The notes: a model not told the origin generated them from the sequence alone. A stretch of DNA of 64,000 bases from an uncultured virus (IMG/VR IMGVR_UViG_3300020451_000536) (IMGVR_UViG_3300020451_000536), one strand, 5' to 3'. Positions 8,915-18,932 are shown, numbered from the stretch's first letter. Program-made: numbers and translations.

Positions 8915-9430
8915 TCAGACTTGTCTTGATTTGTCAACCCCCATAAAGTGTAAATATGTACTCATTATAAACTTAGGTTCTTTCTTAGGCATCTCACCCT
9001 CGTGTGGAAACATCCACATTGGTGGGAATATAACTACACTACCTTTTTCTGCTGGTACATATGTCTTTTCAAATTTAGTACCAGCTTCACTTGTATTTAA
9101 ATAAAACAATAATGCAAGAAACCTTGTGCAGTTTTGTATATTACCAGCATCAGTATGCCAAGGAAAACTACCTTTATTAGGTTCATACCTTTTTATCCTA
9201 AAACCCTCTAATGCAAATGGTTCTGGGTGTTGATTTGTTTTGTCGTGCAACTCAAAATAATGGTCTGTAACTTTATAAACTATATCTTTCATATAGTTTG
9301 TAAGTTTATGTTGAGTATCTATTTCTACTTGTGTGAAATTACCATAATCAATAGGTTCATATGATTCATAATATTTCAACAAGTCACTTACCAAATCATC
9401 TGGTAGAATGTTCTTGTATAGTTGTATCAT
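8915..9430 (-). CDS. 2OG-Fe(II) oxygenase
   Basis: WHTD, LFYLN, GTKF, FPPMWMFPHEG, KFIMSTY motifs. Confidence 0.88.
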   Translation of the reverse strand: MIQLYKNILPDDLVSDLLKYYESYEPIDYGNFTQVEIDTQHKLTNYMKDIVYKVTDHYFELHDKTNQHPEPFALEGFRIKRYEPNKGSFPWHTDAGNIQNCTRFLALLFYLNTSEAGTKFEKTYVPAEKGSVVIFPPMWMFPHEGEMPKKEPKFIMSTYLHFMGVDKSRQV

Positions 9431-9855
9431 TCTATTATTCTACCACCTTTTATTTTACAACCTTCTCTAGGGCCTGCAATAATTCTTCTGGTGATAGGAA
9501 TCTCTTCATATTCACCAATAAAATCACCAGCAAAAGTACCAGACTCAAGATAGTTATTTAACCACCTAATATATCCTCGTGCATTAAGAGCTTTAACTCT
9601 TTCTTGATTCTTTATTTTAGTATCTATTCCGTGTCTTCTTGACGCCTTTTCAGAAGTTGATGCAATATCTTTTTGTGTCTTAATCCATTGTCTGACTTTT
9701 TTCATAGACATAAAACCATCATCTGGTATCGCAAGTACCTCTGGTGCAATGTTTTTATATTGTGGTGGATTTTCTTTTAGTCGTTTTTCTCTTGCGAGTG
9801 CAAGTCTTTCAATCGCAGCCTGTCGTTGTTCTTCAGACATTTTTCGTTTAGCCAT
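9427..9855 (-). CDS. conserved phage hypothetical protein
   Basis: MSEEQRQAAIERLALARE basic helix; GAGG RBS; preceded by long structured leader. Confidence 0.65.
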   Translation of the reverse strand: MAKRKMSEEQRQAAIERLALAREKRLKENPPQYKNIAPEVLAIPDDGFMSMKKVRQWIKTQKDIASTSEKASRRHGIDTKIKNQERVKALNARGYIRWLNNYLESGTFAGDFIGEYEEIPITRRIIAGPREGCKIKGGRIIE

Positions 9856-10011
9856 TATACCTCACTAGTTAAATTAATATATGGTAGTTAATGTTTACAG
9901 AGGCAACTACCAATCCTCTTGCATTTTGGTTCTTTTTTTTTAATGTGTTTAAGAACTGAGGGCACCCCCAAGACAATCCACACTATTATAATAACACATA
10001 TTTTTTAAAAG

Positions 10012-10695
10012 TCAACCCTTTGACAATTTTTTCAATCTTAACTGATTATCAATCCATTGTTTTGCAATATAATTATTGACCTTTTTGGTTGCAAGTTTTC
10101 TAATTGACTTAAATACTCTATTGAATACATTTTCTTTTGCATTGTTATTATCTACAACAACAAAGTTTTTAGTACCAAATAAATTTTGAAACTTACCTAT
10201 GTTTGATTGCACATTGTTCCAATATGTTTTAACAATATCTAACGGTAGTTTTCTATCTCTTTTATTATTTCTTTCTATTGCAGTATCTAATGAAGTATTA
10301 ACAAAAATCATATAAGTATCATAACCCATTTGTTGTAATAATCTTTTTTGTGTTTCTATTTTACCATATTCTGCACCAGTACCATCTACAATCATACCAA
10401 GTCTACCAGCAACAAAATTCTTTTGCATTTTAGATGTAACTTCTTTTGCTCTTTTTCGTATGACATCTCTCTCAAGAGATTTCTCTGGACTCATATCCCT
10501 AAAGTCTAAATCAAAGTCTGCATCTTTAAGTAGTTTTTCAAATGCAGTATCAGAGTTTACAACTTTCAGACCGAGCCCACCAGTGGTCTTTCTTACTACA
10601 AAAGATTTACCACTACCAGGCCCGCCTGCTAGAAAAAATGCTTTGAATATATTAGGGTCATATACACCCTCTTGTAGTTGGTCAAATGTCTTCAC
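10012..10695 (-). CDS. P-loop kinase (zeta-toxin/PNK-kinase-like AAA_33)
   Basis: Walker A AGGPGSGKS, NSD, IVDGTG, RNNKRDR lid; N-terminus MKTFDQLQE resembles capsid-targeting leader. Confidence 0.8.
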   Translation of the reverse strand: MKTFDQLQEGVYDPNIFKAFFLAGGPGSGKSFVVRKTTGGLGLKVVNSDTAFEKLLKDADFDLDFRDMSPEKSLERDVIRKRAKEVTSKMQKNFVAGRLGMIVDGTGAEYGKIETQKRLLQQMGYDTYMIFVNTSLDTAIERNNKRDRKLPLDIVKTYWNNVQSNIGKFQNLFGTKNFVVVDNNNAKENVFNRVFKSIRKLATKKVNNYIAKQWIDNQLRLKKLSKG

Positions 10696-10851
10696 GCTGT
10701 TCTTCTTCCTAAAAACTTTCTCGTTCTTGCGAGGTAGAGTTTACTCACCTCTGTTGTTAAGTCATTCACTTCATTATTTAGGTATCGTTCTTGTTTTTGA
10801 AAATTTAGTGTTCTTAACTTACGAGTTTGTTTATTAGTCATTTTACTTCCT

Positions 10852-12261
10852 TTAAATTAACCTCTTTGGGTTAGGTGGTAGATTACTTGAGTAAGGTTTA
10901 GTCACACTATCTTTAATAACTGTCGCTTGTATCGTGTGTTTTTTTGGATTACCAAAATCAAAAGTGTGTCTTAACCTTGTTATGATATATCTACCAGTTA
11001 ATCTTTCATCATATAAATCTTCATCTTCATTGTCAACATCAGTTTTTGCTTTATATACATTCAATCTTATTACATCTGAAACTTGTATTGATAAATTACC
11101 TACCATATCAATAGTCATACCCATTCTATCTAAAAATGACATCTTATGATTTCTAGTTAATAAATGGTCACTTATTGAAGATTCTTCAAATGGATATATT
11201 GTATTGGGATAAGGATTAATATTGTGAACTGAACCTTTAGGAGTATTAAATCCAGATGTGGATTGTAAAGTTAAATATGAATCGTGAAAATCTTCTACTG
11301 TTTTTCCATCTTCATCAACTGAACTTGATATCGGAAATATTGGGTGTCCAGTTTCACCGATACTAGTTTCTATGTCATTTTTTTTGGAAAACGCATCAGA
11401 GTATCTAAACTTTAAATCGTGGTAGGTTTTATTGTATATGTCGTGTAATAACATTCTTGAAGAATACATTCCATTCAGTGTGTTTAATAGTACACTATTA
11501 CTTATTAAGTTATCGTTTTCTACTTGTCCTAATTGTCTGACAATATTTGCCTCTAATTGAGATGATTTAGATGGTTTGTTATCATAAGTATCTGATGCAC
11601 CTAAAGTAAATGTTGTTTTAGTGTTTTGTCTATTAATCATATCAAAAGATAAAAAATGTAAACCTTTTGTTGTTTCAAAAAACACAAATGGTGAGTCTTT
11701 TTTTGTCTTAGCTCTTTGTGCAATCATCTGAATTGCAGTTAAAGGTCGCAAATTAGGTATAACAATTCTTTCTAAACCAACACTATCATCAGTTAAAAAT
11801 CTTTTATCACTACCTAAAAATTGTTTTTCTTTTACTAATCTACGGACTATCTCTGACATATTACCAGAGAAACTTTGAGAAATTCTAGTTCTAGAATTTT
11901 TCATATATTCTCTAGATGCAAGAGTCAAAGAAACAAATCTACCTTGTCCTTCATTTCTTTGTGATACTGATGTAACTATTAATGGGTCTTTTGTGAAATC
12001 TAATGAAACATCTTCAGAAGAAGGAGTGATTAATTTTAAATAACAATACTCATTACCTACAATACCATTTTGTAAAACTAAATCATTTGTGTCTAAGAAA
12101 GATATATTTGCAGTTAAAAAACCTTGCATTATATCTTCATATACACTTACAATACTTAACACACCATCAAGGTCTAATGGTACTGAATTTCCGTGATGAG
12201 TTATTATCTTACACTCTTCAACCTCAAATGAACCACTATAATTATAATTGTCTTGTGCCAT
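10852..12261 (-). CDS. baseplate hub / tail protein (gp27/late-control-D like)
   Basis: VYEDI, FVFFET, GNLSIQVSDVI, LTGRYIITRLRHTF motifs; adjacent to gp53. Confidence 0.7.
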   Translation of the reverse strand: MAQDNYNYSGSFEVEECKIITHHGNSVPLDLDGVLSIVSVYEDIMQGFLTANISFLDTNDLVLQNGIVGNEYCYLKLITPSSEDVSLDFTKDPLIVTSVSQRNEGQGRFVSLTLASREYMKNSRTRISQSFSGNMSEIVRRLVKEKQFLGSDKRFLTDDSVGLERIVIPNLRPLTAIQMIAQRAKTKKDSPFVFFETTKGLHFLSFDMINRQNTKTTFTLGASDTYDNKPSKSSQLEANIVRQLGQVENDNLISNSVLLNTLNGMYSSRMLLHDIYNKTYHDLKFRYSDAFSKKNDIETSIGETGHPIFPISSSVDEDGKTVEDFHDSYLTLQSTSGFNTPKGSVHNINPYPNTIYPFEESSISDHLLTRNHKMSFLDRMGMTIDMVGNLSIQVSDVIRLNVYKAKTDVDNEDEDLYDERLTGRYIITRLRHTFDFGNPKKHTIQATVIKDSVTKPYSSNLPPNPKRLI

Positions 12262-12794
12262 TATGCATCACTTTGTAATAAGTTTCTTAATTCTTTCCTA
12301 ATTTGATTAACAAATTCTTTTCTAACTAATCTTATTTTACTATATTCGGTCTGTAAATTTTCTTCATACTCTCTATTTGTTACCTCACTCACAGTGTCAC
12401 CACTATGACCAGTAGAATCTAAACCTATGTTTATTTTTATGTCTGTATCACCAGACTTTTGACTAATTTCATAATGATGAGTTCCAAGTGGATTTGTATA
12501 TTTGTCTTTTATGTATTCTTCAAAACCTCTAACACTCATAGGCCATTGATGGTATCTATCAACTATATTATTTGCATATAATACTAACCAATGCAATTCT
12601 GCACTACCATAAAAATCAAATGCAACATCCTCTGGTTTTTCGCCTGGTTTAACTTGATAAAAATCATATAATAAAATATTATCTTTTACTAAATCATTTA
12701 TCTTAACTCTTCTTAATATATGTGTAAACAGTTTTGGATTGTCATCACCAACTACATCATAAACTAATGTTTCAAAGTTCTGAAAGTATGCCAT
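12261..12794 (-). CDS. gp53: baseplate wedge protein gp53
   Basis: MAYFQNF, GEKPEDVAFDFYG LysM-like, WLVLYANNI, HHYE motifs. Confidence 0.9.
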   Translation of the reverse strand: MAYFQNFETLVYDVVGDDNPKLFTHILRRVKINDLVKDNILLYDFYQVKPGEKPEDVAFDFYGSAELHWLVLYANNIVDRYHQWPMSVRGFEEYIKDKYTNPLGTHHYEISQKSGDTDIKINIGLDSTGHSGDTVSEVTNREYEENLQTEYSKIRLVRKEFVNQIRKELRNLLQSDA

Positions 12795-14029
12795 TAAAAA
12801 CCCCTTGCGAGTACATTATTCTGTGTTACTATTTCTAGTTCTTTAAATTGAAGTGTCATTTCTGTTTGCACTGGTGGAGCTTTCATACCGTCTGGTGCTC
12901 CTGCCTCTGCCATAGATGGGTCAAATGTTTGATATCTATCACCACCGTATTTTACATTCATATTTTCTAATACACAAGTTGATATTTTATTAATGTATTC
13001 ATTTTCTTTACCATCACTCATCATATATTTAATATCAAACACATCTGGTGTAATAAATGTTCTTGATGTAGTTACATCACCAGCAATTTCTGGTAACATA
13101 TGAAATTTAAATCTTCTTATAATATTATAAACTGCTTTTGCTTCTTGATAACTTTTTGGTAAAAATTTAAAATTAAATGAAAAACTTCTTTTTTGTAATC
13201 CAGAAAATATTAATTCTAATCTATTGTTAACTGCTTTACCAGACCTACCAAATAATATCGCTTTAAAACCAGGCGCAAGTGTGTCTATTGTTCCAATCGC
13301 AGCTTTTTCAATTAAATTATTATCTTCAAAAACTTCCTTAAATGTTTCACCAATTTTTTCGGCAGTATCACCTTTTGTGGTAATAAACCTATCAACTGCA
13401 CCAGCAGCAGTTTTTGCACCAAGTCCTATTTGTTCATCAGTATATTGTGGTGCATATGTAACCTCAACAGTTGGTGGCATAAATAATTTAATTAAACTTT
13501 GTAATCTACTTGTGGGTGCTCTTGCAAATGTTTGGTTTCTAATTCTTGCACCTTGTTTTTGAACTCTTTTGACTTCTGCTGAACCACTAATAAATGGATT
13601 AAGACCTAACTCTTGTGCAGCTCTACTTGAATTTCCTTCTGAGAGTGTAGACTGTGCTTTTTGTGATAATGCTGGAACTAAAGTAAACACAGAACCATTT
13701 TTACTTACAACAACATCTCTTGCAACAGCAGAATTATTTATTAGTGAACTAATACCAACCACCTCATCAGTCGTTTCTTTAGGTAATTCACCAAATTTAA
13801 TTGTACCTACATCTTGTTCTAATATCTCAAATTGAATATGATGTCCAGCTGGTGTCCTACCACCATCATTACCAGCATTTAATGGATATTGTAAAATCTC
13901 TTGATTGAATTTACTTTGTCTAGTGTTTTGGTCAAGACTCACTCTTTGTTTAAATGGGTCTGCACTAAAATCATTTGTCAAGTCCTCAGTTGAGGGTTTT
14001 CCCATTGCGATGTCTTTATAATTAACCAT
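12794..14029 (-). CDS. gp48: baseplate tail-tube cap gp48
   Basis: YP, LFMP, N..LELIFSG..RSFSFNFKFLPKS..EA, CVLENMNVKY, LQFKELE motifs; T4 gene order. Confidence 0.85.
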   Translation of the reverse strand: MVNYKDIAMGKPSTEDLTNDFSADPFKQRVSLDQNTRQSKFNQEILQYPLNAGNDGGRTPAGHHIQFEILEQDVGTIKFGELPKETTDEVVGISSLINNSAVARDVVVSKNGSVFTLVPALSQKAQSTLSEGNSSRAAQELGLNPFISGSAEVKRVQKQGARIRNQTFARAPTSRLQSLIKLFMPPTVEVTYAPQYTDEQIGLGAKTAAGAVDRFITTKGDTAEKIGETFKEVFEDNNLIEKAAIGTIDTLAPGFKAILFGRSGKAVNNRLELIFSGLQKRSFSFNFKFLPKSYQEAKAVYNIIRRFKFHMLPEIAGDVTTSRTFITPDVFDIKYMMSDGKENEYINKISTCVLENMNVKYGGDRYQTFDPSMAEAGAPDGMKAPPVQTEMTLQFKELEIVTQNNVLARGF

Positions 14030-14036
14030 ATAAATA
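14029..14036 (+). promoter_or_regulatory. T4-type late promoter
   Basis: TATAAATA 5 nt before gp4 ATG. Confidence 0.7.
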
Positions 14037-14041
14037 TTCCT

Positions 14042-14494
14042 ATGAGTTACAGTGGTCGTTATAATCCCTCTAATGTAAAAAAGTATAAAGGTAATCCTAC
14101 TACTATTTATTACAGAAGTTTGTGGGAGCGCAAATTTATGGTATATTGTGATAAAAATCCTAGAGTATTAGAGTGGGGGTCAGAAGAAATAATAATACCT
14201 TATCGTCTACCCACAGACGGTAAAATTCACCGATATTTTACAGATTTCTATGTAAAAGTGAAGAGAGCAGATGGTAAAATAAGAAAAATGATTATAGAAG
14301 TCAAACCTAAAAAATATACTGTTGAACCTAAAATACCTAAAAGAAAAACTAAATCATTTGTAAGAGAAGTTTACGAGTGGGGAAAGAATACTGCAAAGTG
14401 GAAAGCTGCAAGAGAATATTGTAGAGATAGAAATATGGATTTTGTAATATTGACTGAAGACCACCTCAATCCCACTTATAAATATAATAAATGA
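14042..14494 (+). CDS. gp4: head completion nuclease gp4
   Basis: YRSLWERKFMVYCD, WGSEE, HRYF.DF, IEVKP, NTAKWKAA motifs. Confidence 0.93.
   Translation: MSYSGRYNPSNVKKYKGNPTTIYYRSLWERKFMVYCDKNPRVLEWGSEEIIIPYRLPTDGKIHRYFTDFYVKVKRADGKIRKMIIEVKPKKYTVEPKIPKRKTKSFVREVYEWGKNTAKWKAAREYCRDRNMDFVILTEDHLNPTYKYNK
14477..14484 (+). promoter_or_regulatory. T4-type late promoter
   Basis: TATAAATA 6 nt before gp2 ATG. Confidence 0.7.
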
Positions 14495-15000
14495 GTATAT
14501 TTGACGAAATATCAAAGTTAAGGAAAAGTGGTAAAGAACCATATCAATGGTATCGTAATCGCATAAAAGAACTTGGTACACCATCTCAAGCACAACTTAT
14601 AAGAGATGGAAAGATAACTGGTAGGGTTAGTTTTGGTGCATTAAATATGTTTATATACGACCCTAAATTGAAAAACAAATTACCATATTATGATACATTT
14701 CCATTGGTATTACCTTTAGAAAGATATAGAGATGGATTTTTAGGAATTAATTTTCATTACTTACCATATGCACTTAGAGCTAGATTATTAAGTCGTTTAG
14801 ACCCAGATGCAAATTATAGTGCATTAAAAAATGTAAGACTTGTAAAACCTACTTTGAAAAGATACTTAAATAGTAATGTTAGAAGTAGATTTAGAAAATT
14901 AGAAGAAGAAGATTTTATGACTGCAATTATGTTACCAGTACAAAGATTTAAAAAATCATCTGCGAGTAAAGTGTGGTCAGATAGTAGGAAAGTAATCTAA
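14491..15000 (+). CDS. gp2: DNA end protector gp2
   Basis: YDPK.K.KLPYYDTFPLV, GINFHYLP, KRYL, VWSDS motifs. Confidence 0.92.
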   Translation: MSIFDEISKLRKSGKEPYQWYRNRIKELGTPSQAQLIRDGKITGRVSFGALNMFIYDPKLKNKLPYYDTFPLVLPLERYRDGFLGINFHYLPYALRARLLSRLDPDANYSALKNVRLVKPTLKRYLNSNVRSRFRKLEEEDFMTAIMLPVQRFKKSSASKVWSDSRKVI

Positions 15001-15794
15001 TGGTATTTTCATTAAGAGATTTTAAAAGTTCTTTATATGGTAGAGAACAAGCACAACAAAACAGATTTGAGATATTTTTAAAGTGTAAATTATTTACTGG
15101 TGAAAGTAATCGTTATGTTAGTTTAAGAGCAGAAAATTTACAGTTTCCAGGCAGGACAATTCGTTCTGCACCAGACGATAATATATACGGCCCACCAAGA
15201 GAACTACCTCAAGGTGTTGGTCAGTATGCATCATTACAAGCAACATTTTTATGTAATGCAGATATGTCTGAAAAAAGATTCTTTGAGATGTGGATGAAAA
15301 ACATCTATAATCCATTAAATCATAATTTAAACTATTATAATAATTACATAGGTGAGTTAGACATTTTTCAAATGGGTAAAGGTAGTAACACAGTTATACC
15401 ATTTAATTTTTTTGCATTTACTGGTGCGAAAGAAGAAAAGACAAGTTATGGTGTTTCAGTAAAAGAAGTTTGGCCTAAATCTATTGCACCTCAAGATTTA
15501 AACCAAGCATCTACTGAGTTACAAAGAGTAACAGTTGAACTCGCATACAGAGAATGGCATACTATCAAAGAAGAAGGTGTTGACGATAGTCTTGCAGATA
15601 AGAGTTTAAGGTTGAGGGGGTCAGATATATATATTGGGGATGATTCCAGATACAGTATCATAAGTCCTAAAGGTGTTCTTTATGATATTCTTGGTAAGTC
15701 TGGTGCATCACCAACTGCGATTGCAACCGCTGGTTCGGCTGCAGATATAATCACTGGTGGTGTTGGTAACACTATCGGTAAATTTGTTAGATAA
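15000..15794 (+). CDS. tail tube initiator / tube-like protein (gp54/gp19 fold)
   Basis: NRFEI, FPGRTI, FFEMWM, VWPKSI, VELAYREW motifs; position between gp2 and gp26. Confidence 0.7.
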   Translation: MVFSLRDFKSSLYGREQAQQNRFEIFLKCKLFTGESNRYVSLRAENLQFPGRTIRSAPDDNIYGPPRELPQGVGQYASLQATFLCNADMSEKRFFEMWMKNIYNPLNHNLNYYNNYIGELDIFQMGKGSNTVIPFNFFAFTGAKEEKTSYGVSVKEVWPKSIAPQDLNQASTELQRVTVELAYREWHTIKEEGVDDSLADKSLRLRGSDIYIGDDSRYSIISPKGVLYDILGKSGASPTAIATAGSAADIITGGVGNTIGKFVR

Positions 15795-15805
15795 AGGAGT
15801 ACATT

Positions 15806-16516
15806 ATGGCTTTGCCTAAATTTGAAGTGTCAACTTATGACATAAAACTACCAATTTCTCAACTTGATATTAAGTACAGACCATACTTAGTAAAAGAAGA
15901 AAAGAATCTTATGATTGCAAATGAAACTGGTGAACAGAAAGATGTAATAAATGCAGTCAAAAATCTCATAGAGAATTGCACTAATAATACTATAAAAAGT
16001 GGTGTAATACCTATGGCAGATTTAGAATATTTATTTGTAAATATTCGTGCAAAATCATCTGGTGAAACTACTAAAGTTTCAATTAAATGTCCAGATGAAG
16101 AAAACACATATGTGACAAAAGAAATTAATCTTACTGATTTGACGGTTGATAAACCATTACCAGATAGTAATTTAGTTAGATTAGATGATAAAATTGCAAT
16201 AGAATTTAGATATCCTTCTATTGATGATTTATCACATTTAAAAGATTTTAAAAATCCTACTATGGATGATTTATTTAAAATTATTATTAATTGTGTTCAT
16301 AGAATTATAGACGGTGAAAAGGTTTACGAAAAAACAGACTTTAATGAAAAAGAATCTAAAGAATTTGTTGAAAGTTTGTCGTCAAACCAATTTAATAAAG
16401 TAAGAACATTCTTTGACAATATACCTAAATTGTATAAAGATGTAGAAGTTAATAATCCAAACACAAATGTTTCATCAAAAGTTAGACTGGAGGGTTTGAA
16501 TAGTTTTTTTACATAG
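15806..16516 (+). CDS. gp26: baseplate hub assembly chaperone gp26
   Basis: MALPK, YRPYLVKEEK, DLEYLFVNIRAKSSGE, RYP, LEGLNSFF motifs. Confidence 0.92.
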   Translation: MALPKFEVSTYDIKLPISQLDIKYRPYLVKEEKNLMIANETGEQKDVINAVKNLIENCTNNTIKSGVIPMADLEYLFVNIRAKSSGETTKVSIKCPDEENTYVTKEINLTDLTVDKPLPDSNLVRLDDKIAIEFRYPSIDDLSHLKDFKNPTMDDLFKIIINCVHRIIDGEKVYEKTDFNEKESKEFVESLSSNQFNKVRTFFDNIPKLYKDVEVNNPNTNVSSKVRLEGLNSFFT

Positions 16517-16566
16517 CTCTTTCTCACGATACTCTTGAGAACCATTTTAAAACAAACTTTTCGTTT

Positions 16567-16701
16567 ATGCAACATCATAAATATAGTTTGACTGAATTAG
16601 AAAATATGGTGCCTTGGGAAAGAGAAATATATGTGGGAATGTTAAACGAACATATAAGAGAGGAAAATGAACAACTTAAACGACAACAACAAAATACCTA
16701 A
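16567..16701 (+). CDS. gp51: baseplate hub assembly catalyst gp51 (not in ORF track; probably expressed as -1 frameshift fusion with gp26)
   Basis: MQHHKYSLTELENMVPWEREIYVGML motif; frame open back to 16504. Confidence 0.85.
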   Translation: MQHHKYSLTELENMVPWEREIYVGMLNEHIREENEQLKRQQQNT

Positions 16702-17032
16702 AACAGTTGACCCAGAGTTGGCTAAAAAAGACTTGAATGGTGATGGACACATTACTTCAGAAGAATTGGAGATGGATTTGGAATTTAAAAGAAAAGAATT
16801 AGAAGATGCAGATGCTCGTAGAGATGCAATGAGAACTATGACTTGGTTCGCATTATTTGGTATGTTATTTTATCCTAGTGGTATATTAATTACTGCAATG
16901 TTAGGACAAGACACAGCTGCAAAATTAATCGCCGATATTGCACCAACATATTTTGTTGCAATTTCAGCACTAGTCGCCGCATATTTCGGTGCAAATGCAT
17001 ATGTAGATAAGAAAACAGAGAAGAAAAAATAA
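16667..17032 (+). CDS. EF-hand-like motif + two-TM membrane protein
   Basis: DLNGDGHITSEE loop; two hydrophobic helices. Confidence 0.65.
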   Translation: MNNLNDNNKIPKTVDPELAKKDLNGDGHITSEELEMDLEFKRKELEDADARRDAMRTMTWFALFGMLFYPSGILITAMLGQDTAAKLIADIAPTYFVAISALVAAYFGANAYVDKKTEKKK

Positions 17033-18747
17033 TGGCTGATATTACTTCAAGAGACTTTCAAGAACTTATCAAAAGACAAAAAGAAACTACTGATAGTCTA
17101 CAAACTATTATTCAACAAAATGATAGAGGTGATGATGCTGGTGAAAGACTAAAAGATGCATTACCAGAAATAATTAATGATACTAGACTTGCGTCCCAAA
17201 GAGAAAGTTTTGATAAAAAAGAAGGTATTACTGAAACTGATAATCTACAAAAAGAAACAACAGACGAAGTAGTAAAATTACAAAAAATACAAACTCAAGG
17301 TATTGATGAAACAAAAGAACAAAAAGAAGAACAAAGTGAATTACAACAAGAAATTCTAGAGGCAAATAAAAAAGGGTTTTTAACTTTTGGTGAAAGAATA
17401 AAATTCTTTGCATTAGGTGTGAAAGAATCTATAACAAAAAGTGGTGAAGATAAAAAAGATGAAAAGAGAGACAGAAGTAAATTATTAACATCTGTTCAAA
17501 ATCTCGGTAAAGGTATATTAGGTGCGATAACATCACCAATAGAAACTACATTCAAAAGTATAGGTGCGATTCTAAAAAATATAGTGACTGGTGGTCTTTT
17601 ACTTACTGCATTGTTTGCTTTACAAAAATTTATTAATAGTGATATGTGGCCTAAATTTATTGAGGGATTGAAAAAAACTATCCGTGCAACCATAGAAATT
17701 ACAAAGGCATTTATCAACTATGTTAAAGATTTATATGCAGTATTTCAAGAAGAGGGTTTAGCTGGTGTTGCAAAAAAATTATTTAAAGATGCAAATGATA
17801 AGTTTGGTGGTTGGACAAAAGGTTTTCTTATTACTCTAGGTGTAGCAATCGCTGCCTTTGGGGCTGCAATTATTTTTGCGATAAAAACTGCAACAAGTAT
17901 GGTCAGAGGACTTGGTGGAATGATGGGTTTTGGTCGTAAAGGTGGTAAAGGTGGTAAAGGTGCAAAAGGTGTAAAGGGTGGTAAATCATCAGGTTTTGAT
18001 GTTTCCAAAATGGGTCAGACTAAACAAACGATTAAACCAGATAAAATATCAAAATTAGGTGGTGTAAAAAATATTGTAAAAGGTGGTGCGAGAGTTGCTG
18101 GTACTGCACTTAGAGGTGCAGGCCCAGTAGGATTTGCACTTGGTTCTGTGGTTGTTTCGGCAACAGATGCAGTTGCAGCATTTGGAAATGCGAATGAATT
18201 ATTTGGTAAAGAGGCAAATAAGTTTGAAAAAATATTAGCAGGGGGTGCTGGTGCAGTTGAAGGTTTTACTTTTGGTTTAATAAAGGCAGAAGATTTAATT
18301 GATACACCAGGCGACAAGATTGAAAGATATGCAAAACAAGTTGAAAAGAGTCAAATTAGTTTTGAAAAATTTGAGAAGTTTCAACAAAAAAGATTAGAAA
18401 GAGGTGATATAACTCAAGAACAATTTGATAAACTCATTGAACAAAAAAGAGTTGCTACTGTTGAGAGTATGAAAAAGAATAATGAAAAAATTAAAAAGGT
18501 GATGGACGAGAATAATAAAATTCTTGAAAAAACTAGTATAAAACAAGTTGAAAAAATAAATGAGTTGGTTGAACTTATGAAAGATAATAAAAAATTAGTT
18601 GCAGAAAAAGAAAATCAAACTGCATCATTTATGATGGCTGGTGGTAATACAAATATTACAACTAATCCGACTGAAAAGACAATAGTTATGGACACAAGTA
18701 TTACTGACAGTTTTCATTCACAAGTTCATAGACAATCATATGGTTAA
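17032..18747 (+). CDS. putative tape-measure / baseplate hub protein (gp29-like)
   Basis: long helical protein with coiled coils, Gly/Ala-rich hydrophobic segments; follows gp26/gp51. Confidence 0.65.
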   Translation: MADITSRDFQELIKRQKETTDSLQTIIQQNDRGDDAGERLKDALPEIINDTRLASQRESFDKKEGITETDNLQKETTDEVVKLQKIQTQGIDETKEQKEEQSELQQEILEANKKGFLTFGERIKFFALGVKESITKSGEDKKDEKRDRSKLLTSVQNLGKGILGAITSPIETTFKSIGAILKNIVTGGLLLTALFALQKFINSDMWPKFIEGLKKTIRATIEITKAFINYVKDLYAVFQEEGLAGVAKKLFKDANDKFGGWTKGFLITLGVAIAAFGAAIIFAIKTATSMVRGLGGMMGFGRKGGKGGKGAKGVKGGKSSGFDVSKMGQTKQTIKPDKISKLGGVKNIVKGGARVAGTALRGAGPVGFALGSVVVSATDAVAAFGNANELFGKEANKFEKILAGGAGAVEGFTFGLIKAEDLIDTPGDKIERYAKQVEKSQISFEKFEKFQQKRLERGDITQEQFDKLIEQKRVATVESMKKNNEKIKKVMDENNKILEKTSIKQVEKINELVELMKDNKKLVAEKENQTASFMMAGGNTNITTNPTEKTIVMDTSITDSFHSQVHRQSYG

Positions 18748-18932
18748 TATTCTGGTATCTTTCTGGTACTAATCCCTCTACATATATGAATAGGAACTTT
18801 CTCACCTTCTATATCTTCGTACTTTACTAATACCATTTCACTTTTCCACATTACCACTGGACTTTTATACGGCATTGCGTGTCTCCACCTAGACTTAGGT
18901 TTAGGCCAACGAGTCCATTTAAATTTTTTCAT
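18744..18932 (-). CDS. hypothetical protein
   Basis: small ORF converging on tape measure gene. Confidence 0.45.
   Translation of the reverse strand: MKKFKWTRWPKPKSRWRHAMPYKSPVVMWKSEMVLVKYEDIEGEKVPIHICRGISTRKIPEY

Noticed and set aside
9883..9920. preQ1-I or SAM-II/V riboswitch
   Set aside because: Pseudoknot shape is similar but conserved ligand-binding nucleotides are not evident and the downstream gene is unrelated; kept only as an unknown motif.
17930..17990. GGTGGTAAA-type short tandem repeat
   Set aside because: Encodes a GKGGKG low-complexity linker in the tape measure protein; not an independent repeat element.
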